A stretch of 64,000 nt of DNA from the human T2T-CHM13v2.0 reference genome, Homo sapiens, in NCBI RefSeq assembly GCF_009914755.1, contig NC_060940.1; one strand, 5' to 3'. Under the pieces are notes generated by a model. The model worked only from the letters and a program-made list of their open reading frames with translations, was not told where the DNA came from and ran no database searches. How positions within the stretch are numbered: the stretch's first letter is position 1; each line of letters starts with the position of its first letter. Below are positions 1 through 64,000 of the stretch, one piece after another. The position numbers and the translations under genes were made by a program.

Positions 1-1511
<1,511 letters not shown>

Positions 1512-2369
1512 GAGTAACAAGTAACATATTTCTAGACACCCCCACATTATCCAGCTAAGAGACCTGAACTTGTCTGTCACAGCAACCTCAGTGACTGTCT
1601 AGACGAGAATCTAAGACTCCTGGAGAAGAAAAACTCACCCAGCATTCTGATCTGTAGACAGTAGAGACCGGACTGTAGTTTGAATATTACTTCCTTTACG
1701 GCAATTTGCCAGTTTGCAGGAATATCATGTCTTTTGGAGAGGGTCTCAATCAGAGAAACAAATGTTAGCATTTGATATTTCGTTTACTTCCTTGACTCAA
1801 GGGCAAGTGACTCCTGTGAGCTGAGGGGGTAGCATACTGTTTGCCTAGTGAAATACCATCTCTCTATCTCAAGTCAGGACATCATCTTCAAGAGAGGAAC
1901 TGGGGTCATCGCTAACTCTGGAGCTTCCACTGGGGTACAAGTGAGGTGTCAGAACTTCACTGAGCTTAGATTCCGTGGCAATTTCCCATCTTCCCCCCTA
2001 CCCTGTCACCCTTTCTCATGTTAGGCCCTCATTGTTTCCCATATGTTCCTGCACAATCTAACCAGCAATTTTTTGTACCAGGCTTATGAGAAAGGAGGAA
2101 GCCACATCATCACTCAACACCCCCTCCATAGCTCAAGCCTGGGAATTCCCCTGGACCCTCCTGGAGGCACTCTTTTTAACTCTGGTGACATTTCTCTTAA
2201 ATGGGAGGGTCTACAGGCATTGGAGTTTGAAGGCAGAGCATAACCATTTATCCAGGGCAGGCATCCCCTTCTTTATTCCAGGAAATAAGTGGCTGCCAAC
2301 TTCCCACTTACAACTTTCATTAACCAGCAGCTTATCCAACTGTTGGCAGCTCACACAGAGCTGGCTTAG

Positions 2370-2610
<241 letters not shown>

Positions 2611-3360
2611 TGAACTCCTGACCTCGTGATCCACCTGCCTTGACCTCCCAAAGTGCTGGGATTACAGACGTGAGCCATCGTGCCCGGCCATTTTTTTTTT
2701 TTTTTTAACCCAAGCATCTGTTCAGTGATGTCCTGAACTTTGTTTCCCCCTCAGCCTTCAACTCTCCCTTTATCCAAATCCAGATATTTAAGTTGGTACC
2801 TATGTTCAGCCTCTAAGGAAGCCTTTCTGCTGGGTGTCTGTAACTGGATAAACCTGTTATTACTCCTCAGGGACCAGCGTGGGTTCATGGCACTCCTCAC
2901 ATCTCGACAGTAGACTCCTTATTCAGCTGGCCCTGCACCCTGCTTTCTAGAGCAAGCCCAACAGCTCCTCCACCTTCCTCCTCTCTTCAGCTGACCTTTC
3001 CGATGACCACTGCTGGGCAGTTCTAGCCCATGTGTCATAGCCTCTTCTATGAACCCGTTTTTTCTTCTATTGGACAGTGGGGTTCCCAGCCTCAGCACCC
3101 AGAAAACTACTTGAAGACTGTAGTGCCACATCATGAGTATGACTGTCTGCTTTGTTGTAATTTTCAATGCAGAAGAAATAATTTGTGGGGGCTTAGCCTA
3201 GGGTGTTCTGGAGACAGAGCTATGAAGAGTGAAAATGAGCTTTCACCCAGGCTCTCCAACTCCTGCTTTGCTGTTGGTAACACAAAGTATAGACTGGGAA
3301 GACGAGGACATATAAAATTTAATTAAATACCATCTGTCATTTTCCTTTATTAGGATTTTT

Positions 3361-3940
<580 letters not shown>

Positions 3941-4150
3941 TTTATTAGTATTTTTAACCTGTTTCTTCCCCCGTAAGATAGAATAATAATATGTATTCCA
4001 TAACATTAAGAATTACTTATTAGTAATATATATTTACTAAGATGTTACTTAATATATTAGTAAACCATAAAGAGATAAAACAGAGAGTGTTACCAACAAA
4101 CATAAGTTGACTAAGAACAAGGACAAACAAATGTCTATTTTTAGAATTTT

Positions 4151-6028
<1,878 letters not shown>

Positions 6029-6142
6029 CCCGAGAAATCTACCAGGTTGGGATTATATCCCTCTCCCAAGAGGCAGACATGTTCCTGCCTCTAGAAGTGA
6101 AAGAGACAAAAGGCACTAGGAGCCATTATACATAGCAAATTC

Positions 6143-6148
6143 TTTATT
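6143..6148 (-). terminator. RFWD3 distal polyadenylation signal AATAAA
   Basis: tttatt on the + strand; downstream in the transcript lies GCCTTTTGTCTCTTTC (U/GU-rich). Confidence 0.75.
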
Positions 6149-6415
6149 TTCATATTAACAGTAAAACATAAAACAGAAACATTAAAACAGGGCATAAACA
6201 GAGTTCCCATGGCCCTGTTTTCAAAGCAGGGGCAAGAATACATACAATGACAAGACATTTTGAGTTCGTTTAACTCCAAATCCTCAAGTGGGGAAAAAAA
6301 CTTAGAGGTAGTGACAAAGGAATATGGTGGGGCAGAGACTGGTGGAGCCCAGAAGACTAAAGCCTGGATTTATAAATGTGATGTCCTACAACGGGGACTG
6401 GGAATGGCATCAGGG

Positions 6416-6642
6416 TTTTTTTTTGTTTGTTTGTTTGTTTTGAGATGGAGTCTTGCTCTGTCACCGAGGCTGGAGTGCAGTGGCGCGATCTCGACTCACT
6501 GCAACCTCTGCCTCCCAGGGTTCAAGCAATTCTCCTGCCTCAGCCTCCCAAGTAGCTGGGACTACAGGCATGCGCACCACTGCACCCAGTTAATTTTTGT
6601 ATTTTTAGTAGAGATGGGGTTTCACCATGTTGGTCAGGCTGG
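6416..6642 (-). repeat. Partial Alu in the RFWD3 3' UTR (sense in mRNA)
   Basis: Right arm, linker and the end of the left arm. Confidence 0.88.
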
Positions 6643-7072
6643 ACAAGGCTTTTTTTCTTTGGAGAAATCACTCACGATCGTATGAATTTGCTTCCAAAAC
6701 ATCCAAATTTAATGTACTAATGCAAGGACTGGTAAGACTTAAGATTCACATAACGTCCCTCATAGTTAAGTCTCTTGCTTCCTACTATTAGTGGAATCAA
6801 TCAGCATCAGGTACTTCAAAGAAAGTCAAATCCTAAGCCTGCCCAGGCCCAAAGACAAAGCCAGCCAGGACCTGACCACCTGTATCCTCTTGGTGGCAAT
6901 CTGCTGAAGCCAGATGAGTTCTGCTTTTTAATTCCAATCCTATTCTGCCACTGAAACTAGGCCTGGGCAACCACTCTTAATCATTAACATATCAAAAGGA
7001 GTATCTCCTCTGAGAAAAGAGCTTTTCTCAGGTTCTAGAAGCTAGCTTTTACAAAAGACGTCTTCAAATAGG

Positions 7073-7208
7073 GGCCGGGTGCAGTGGCTCACGCCTATAA
7101 TTTTGGCACTTTAGGAGGCTGAGGTGGGAGGATTGCTTGAGGCCAGGAGTCCAAGACCAGCCTGGACAACGTAGTGAAACATCTATTTCTACAAAAAAAT
7201 TTAAAAAA
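7073..7208 (+). repeat. Alu left-arm monomer (FLAM-like) in the RFWD3 3' UTR (antisense in mRNA)
   Basis: ggccgggtgcagtggctcacgcc...ctacaaaaaaa. Confidence 0.85.
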
Positions 7209-7654
7209 GGAAAAAATTATGTCCTAAAATATTAAAGGGTCATTAAAAGGCACAACTAGAACTTGGAACTCTGGGGAAATCTAGTGCAACAACCCCTTGC
7301 CGGAGAGAAAGATCCTAGAAACAGCTCTTGAATTGACAGGTCAGAAGTGTTTTATAATAAAAACGATAACAACTCTTCAATAATCATTTGAGAAAATCAG
7401 ACTGTTAAGCCATTTTCTCCCATGAACAGGACACTGACCTGCCCACATCTTGAAGCATATTCTGTTGTGGAAGTGGGTTGGCAAAGTAGTCTGAGGCAAG
7501 GCAAAGAAATACAAACTGAGCCCTAGAAAAGGTTAGGGAGGCAAATCAAAGGAAACTGGAATCAAACATCAGCTTCACATGGGGAAGGCTTTAACTGGAT
7601 AACTGGAATGTATAAAGAACACTTAAGAACAGCCCCTCAGTCTGAGGAATTGGC

Positions 7655-7660
7655 TTTATT
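7655..7660 (-). terminator. Candidate proximal RFWD3 polyadenylation signal AATAAA
   Basis: tttatt on the + strand, followed in the transcript by GCTGTTCTTAAGTGTTCTTT (GU-rich). Confidence 0.4.
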
Positions 7661-8657
7661 TAGATAGGAACTCTCAAAATGGGAGACAAGTTCTTCTCAT
7701 GTTTTCAATAGCAGTCTGAATAGCTTTTGTAAATTCTCTTATGTCTTTTCTCCTGATCTCTGACACTAGGGGAGACTCAAGTAAAAGCTTTGACCTATCA
7801 CTCATCTTTTCCTGGCAAGAGATAGTGTTCTTCAAAGCACTAGCTTGGATAAAACCAATCCTGAGATCCTAAGCTGGCTAGAAAAAACAAAATCTTCCCC
7901 ACCGCTCAAACAACTGGCCTCTTTCCTTACCTTTCGCAAAGCAATGAACTTAATGCACTAGGCATTAGCAAAGGGAATCGTTCACTAGCTGCTTCCATCA
8001 CTGGGCCTGCCAATGTCCCAGCACTTCACACCTGGAACACAAGTGTTATTGCCACAAAGCACACCCAGGTGTGCTATCACACACTTGTGTGGAGATGAGA
8101 CAAGTTACTAAAAGATTGTCAGCCTTCAAGGTCAGAAATAAACCGGACACAAGGTTCTACAGTGCCCTCTTGTGTTCAACTGAATAATACTCTTTTACAT
8201 CTACGTTGCATCAAATCAGTACCAAGACGATGGTTAGTCCCTTCAAGGATACTTAAGTGACAGGACAACTCAGATGGGATGTCATATTCCCCAGAAAATG
8301 CTTGATGCCCACTCACATCCTAGATGATGAGAGGACACTCTCTAAGGTCCAGAAAGTCACACAGAAAATAAAGAAAATAAGAATTTCCAACATACAATAA
8401 TGGTTAATGAAGGCTTTAAACCCAAGAAATGGATAATGTAGATAAAGTACCCATCAATTACTCTTTTAGTGGACATAACAGATACACAATCTGTAGTGTC
8501 TCAGTGACCTAGGGTCCTAGAATCATACTAATGCAAACAAACCATGATTCCCAATGTTCTAGACTGCAGACAATAAACAGGGATCTTGCTTGGGGCTGCT
8601 AGGCGCTAGCAAACAACATCTAACCAGCAGCATGCCTTCAAGGTTTCGAGACCACAG

Positions 8658-46196
<37,539 letters not shown>

Positions 46197-46787
46197 CACT
46201 AGAGAAACAGTATTTGTAAAAAGTATTAATAAAATAGATAAAACATGCTATGTAGGTGACAGAATCATATTTAATCTTTCTGATTTTATGTTTAATATCA
46301 TTCTTAGCAAGACTGAGAAGCTTCAAGAGAAGATTTTAACTACTTAAGTCAGAAGTGTTTGGTAATGGACTTTCCTCTCTATAACAAGCATTTATAACCA
46401 GTTTTCCGGTTTGCCCTTAGAAAACATGAAGTCCTGTGATCATAGTAGTATCTTCCAAAATAGAAAGATCTATAAACCAAGGAGATTAAACTACTGGGTC
46501 TAAAAGTAATCTCTCAGACACTTTGCAGTTCTCTCAAGCTGAATATGGACATTCACCAAAATCAAATGCATATAATGCAGTATCTAATTTTAGCAGGCAA
46601 TATTAATCTTTCACAGCATCAACAGTTACAAGGGATAAATAGAGAAAGGACATTTTTTACACTTGCAAAATTAACTGTTACTAACTCAAAATGGAAACTT
46701 ACCTAATGTTTCCAAAAAGGCTGAGCAAACTTTATCCTATCCCTTTCATTATTTTTGTTTTCCATCTCTAATTCCATCATGTTAGCG

Positions 46788-48300
<1,513 letters not shown>

Positions 48301-49156
48301 ACATAGTGGACGAAGTACATATATGTATCTTTCTCTCTCCACTCCAGTCATTCCTAAAACCCACGAACATGACCCCCACAACCTGAGACATTTTTTTAAG
48401 AAAGGATAAATTAACCAGGACGACACAAATGCAAACAGGGTATGATATGCAAACCAGTTTTTTAAGGCCATAAAGGAGAAACTGATGATTGATGACTGCT
48501 TAGCAGAGCCAAAAGATAAAACTCAAAGCCTGCAAAGGGCACAGTGGTTGGGGTGAGGTGTGTTATTGAGAAGCAAGCTGATTCCCACTAAAGGGACTGT
48601 AAAAACCAGGTACCACAAAAGGCAATATTGAAAGATGGCGCTAAAAGAGAAGGGCTGGTTAAAAGCCAGTAAAGCAGTTAGCTTGACTCCTACTCAAACA
48701 CCAGCCAGCTAAAACAAAACACAGAACAAAGCCCTTCTCCCCCTATGCACGAGAAAACTGGAGGTTTGAACCACACAGGCTTACACTCAGGATGGAGAGT
48801 GGCACAGTACTGAAAATAAGTGGGAAAGAAAGTCTGCAAACTGAACAATGTGAGATACTTCAAGTTTTAAACATTTTTTGTATAGATGGGGTTTCCCACG
48901 TTGCCTAGGCTGGTCTTCAACTCCTCGGCTCAAGCAACCCTTCTGCCTCAGCCTCCCAAAGTGCTGGGATTACAGGAGTGAGCTACTGCAGCTGCCTAAC
49001 TAAAAGCTTTTAATGTTTCTAGGGTACAACGACAGTCTCCCAAGAATTGTGTGTCAGAACATAAGGCCCAAGCTACTTCTAGATGTACTCAAGAGACATT
49101 AAGCAACTCAGCCTTCAGGAAGACAAAGGGGAGAAATGGACTAAAAAGAGCAGAAT

Positions 49157-49658
<502 letters not shown>

Positions 49659-49914
49659 AGCTGAAGCTTCCTAACCACTGTAGGCCAGTCGGAGGTGCCT
49701 AGAACGAGAGACCATGGGCTGGGCACCCCAAACCTTGAGGATGTCACACAAACGCTGTTTTTTATGTGTGCTGTGAGCGGTGCTTAAAATGTCAACCTCA
49801 GACTTGTCATCTTTGTTACTCAGGTTTCAATCAATGGCCACAACAGGCAGGACGAAAGCCCCTCAATTAAAGGTTGAGAAGAGGTGGGCGGGGGAAGTGT
49901 TCAAATCTTTGCTC

Positions 49915-50769
<855 letters not shown>

Positions 50770-50908
50770 TAACAGGAAAAAGGGAGGAAGAGAGAGGGAG
50801 AGGGAGAGGCGGAGGGGGAAGAGGAGGGAGAGGGAGACGGGAGGGGAAGGGAGAGAGGGAAAGAAGGAAATTAAATCCCTGTTCTTTTACTACATGGGGA
50901 AAGAAAGA

Positions 50909-50932
50909 CATAGATAGATTAGATAGACAGAT

Positions 50933-50965
<33 letters not shown>

Positions 50966-50983
50966 TGATTAGATACATAGATA
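50909..50983. repeat. (GATA)n tetranucleotide microsatellite
   Basis: Interrupted tagatagatag array. Confidence 0.9.
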
Positions 50984-51149
50984 TTAAATCCCTGTTCTTT
51001 TACTACATGGGGAAACTTTGGGCGGGTTTCCTAAACTCGGCTCAACTTGTTCTCCTGTAAAACAGGGATAATACAAGTCTTTACTCCACAGTTTCCGTGA
51101 TGAAATTAAAAATGAAGTTCTTCCATCAACTTTAAAGTGATGAAGTAAT

Positions 51150-51940
51150 CGGCGCTCAGAGCGGGCGCAGGCAACGCCGCTGAGGAGCCCGAGGCTAGGC
51201 TCTCGGGGGAAGGGCCGGGCGACCTCCCACCCCGGCCAGGGCAGGCCCCGCAGCAGCGAACTCGGCTCCTTCAGTGATCGCCCCGAGCTCTCGCCTGCCC
51301 AGCCCCCACGCCCAGCAACCCAGATACGCGCGGGGGTTCGGGCTCCTTAGCCCCGACCACTGGCGCCGCCCCGAGGGCCCGAATCCCCTCAGGCCGCCGG
51401 GTTCCAAGCCCGCGTGCAGCCCACCTCGTGGGGTGTCTCCTGAATCCCAATCCAGGAATCAGGCGTGGGGAGGTTTATCCCGAAGCTAGAGGCCCAAGGC
51501 CTGAGGAGAAGCAACACCCCTCCTCACCTGAAACCAGCAGGCCGCGGCCGGGCTCGCGAGCCCGCCGAAGACTCGGTAGTTACCTCGGCCGCACTCCGAA
51601 TGCACCTACGCCAACTGCCACTTCCGGAGCCGCTCAAGCTCCCGCCAGAGCCGCCGGCAGGCATGCTCCTATTGGACAGAAGCCCTACGCTGTGGCCAAT
51701 ACCCACTCTTCTTCTTCAATGGGTCCCCCGATAGCTGAAGCAGCGGTGCTCTCATTGGCTGGTAGTTCGTCCTGACGAGGCGGGACCGCGCTTGAGGAAG
51801 CCTCCTACAATTGGCAGGAATCTACGTCCGTCACCTTGCACCCGCCCCGGAAAAAATGGGAGGTTTTTTTGTTTTTTTTTTGTTTGGTTTTTTTTTTTTT
51901 TTTTAGCGCGTTTTATTTGAACTTTCTGGCGGGAGAAAGT
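51150..51940. promoter_or_regulatory. RFWD3 CpG-island promoter, TATA-less, likely bidirectional
   Basis: Dense CpG. ETS/GABP CCGGAAGTGG (51618-51627, -). CCAAT boxes at 51671, 51696, 51754 and 51810. GGCGGGA motifs at 51639-51649 (-), 51779 and 51925-51935 (+). TTTGAA at 51916-51921. Confidence 0.85.
51584..51655 (-). other. RFWD3: RFWD3 non-coding exon 1 (TSS approximate)
   Basis: GC-rich segment in the CpG island ending in donor GAG|GTAACT (intron starts at 51583). Joined to exon 2 it gives GAGTG-ATG-G, a strong Kozak context. Confidence 0.8.
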
Positions 51941-52245
51941 TATATGATTTCTCGGTCCATTTTGGAATGGGGATGATGATATTAAAACTGACTCCTGCTG
52001 CTTATCCCTAACGCTTTAGTGAAGGAGTTATCTGTATCCAAAGGATAGCAGCTAATCGAATAATTTCAAAATATTTCAATATTTTGAATTTCGGAGCCTG
52101 TAAAGAGGCGTAGGACAGTCCAGTTCATATGTATCCTCTCATGGGGTTGAAGAGCTCACGCAAAATACTTTGCCTACATAATCTCTTCAATCTCAAACCG
52201 CTGCAAGGGATCTGAGCTACTGAACAGTCTCAAATCACTTGTTAG

Positions 52246-56292
<4,047 letters not shown>

Positions 56293-56556
56293 TGACAAAG
56301 TATAGACTGGAGTTGAGGAGACGCTGTTCTTGCTCATCTGCCCACTGAAGCCCCCTCCAGGTTCAAATCATTCATTTAGTTTCCTTCCTAGGCCCTATGG
56401 GTATTAGAGTTTGCAATCTCTGGTAGGAGAACTCTGGCATCTGATTGGAAAGTCAGGTTGGAAAGTATGGTATGGGGGATATCCATAAGGCTATGGATAT
56501 CCAAATAGGAAGTTTGTACTTGATTCCTTGGGCAAGAGGAAGAATTGAACAGTTTC

Positions 56557-57033
56557 TGCCTAGTTACTTCTGTTGTGTAAAAAACCACCACAAAACTTAG
56601 TGTTAAGACAACAGTAATTTATTTAGCTCCTGATTGTGTGAATGGGCAATTTGGGCTGGGATCTGCTTGAGTGGTTCTTCTGGTCTTGATTGGCCTCATT
56701 CATGTGTTAGCTGCCATGTTGGTTGGGCTAGTATGACTTCAGCTAGGAAAGCATGTTTCTGCTTCATGTGGTCTCTCATTCTCCAGCATGCTCACTCAAC
56801 ATGTTCATGGCTGGGTAAGGTTCCAACAGACATTTATAAGGCCTCTTGAAACCTAGGCTTGGAACTGGCATACAGTCACTTCTTCCACATTCTATTGATC
56901 AAATCAAGTCACAGTGCCAGCCCAGATTCAAATGGTGGGGAAAGAGACTTCATTTATGGAAGGGAGGAGCTGCAAATTTCATTGCCAAGAGGTGTGGATA
57001 CCCAGAAAGATACATTTGACAAACCATCTATCA
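56557..57033 (-). mobile_element. MLT1 (MaLR) solo LTR, old subfamily, forming most of the MLKL 3' UTR
   Basis: Hallmark blocks caaaacttagtg...acaacagtaatttatt and ccagcccagattcaa...gggaggagctgcaaa...gtgtggatac. Confidence 0.7.
56618..56623 (-). terminator. MLKL polyadenylation signal AATAAA (inside an MLT1 LTR)
   Basis: First canonical hexamer I found downstream of the stop, about 620 nt away. It is followed by GTTTTGTGGTGGTTTTTT, a strongly GU-rich element. Confidence 0.7.
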
Positions 57034-57245
57034 AAGTTACTGTCAGAGGTATGTTTTTGGAAATATCATTTGGAGTGGGATGTGTCCTGTATGACTGGAA
57101 TCGTTTTCTATTTGTAACAGAGAAGCGTGCCCACTCCTTGCACCCATAGATAACCCAATGCCGAAGGATATGAGAGAGAGAGATGTCCAGTTTGTGCCTC
57201 TCCCAGCTTCTTGTCCAGAGACTCCTTGGTTTAGATTTTGATACA

Positions 57246-63720
<6,475 letters not shown>

Positions 63721-64000
63721 CTGACACAGCCAAAGGCGGGGAGCATAAGTACCTTTGCCCAAACTTTCTTTGGGGGACTGACAATCATAACTGGGCTGAT
63801 GAGGCTGGACAGTACCATGGGTGCCTGTCCACAGTTACACAGGAAAAACTGGGATGTAGAGGCAAGGTTTGAGAATCACAAGCCGTGAGTATAGAACAGA
63901 GATGAGATTCATAGCACAAGGGGGCATGACAGCCCTTATGAAGTGCATGCAATCGGGCATCAGGGGTGCCTTTAGGTAGAGAAGGACAACGTTGCCTCTG

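Larger units (their letters stand above)
6125..8657 (-). other. RFWD3: RFWD3 3' UTR (about 2.5 kb, contains two Alu fragments)
   Basis: Runs from the stop codon to a distal AATAAA followed by a U-rich element. The 3' end is approximate. Confidence 0.75.

Noticed and set aside
51195-51775. Several GC-rich ORFs over the promoter
   Set aside because: Expected from stop-codon scarcity in a CpG island.

Overview
Human genomic DNA, recognised from its exon translations as the RFWD3/MLKL locus (16q23.1 by recall, not by alignment). It is very rich in Alu elements, with older L1, L2, MIR, LTR and DNA-transposon remnants. The window holds the complete RFWD3 (FANCW) gene on the minus strand: 13 exons, all GT-AG, with 2325 nt of CDS reassembling into an intact 774-aa SQ-repeat/RING/coiled-coil/WD40 E3 ligase. 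It also holds the RFWD3 CpG-island promoter, a 5'-truncated processed TMPO/LAP2beta pseudogene head-to-head about 0.6 kb upstream, and the last five exons of MLKL (minus strand). Almost all other ORFs in the track are Alu/L1 artefacts. I see no wholly new gene family or system. The best leads are regulatory or splicing hypotheses: (1) an in-frame MLKL exon10 to RFWD3 exon2 read-through junction; (2) a symmetric CCAAT/E2F promoter with a CDK1-type CDE/CHR element facing the TMPO retrocopy; (3) competing splice sites in MLKL intron 9 and at the RFWD3 RING-splitting intron; (4) an MLKL poly(A) signal supplied by a MaLR LTR; (5) unexplained local duplications around RFWD3 exon 2 and a promoter-proximal GATA repeat. 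Exon boundaries were read by hand. Repeat subfamily names and repeat boundaries are approximate.
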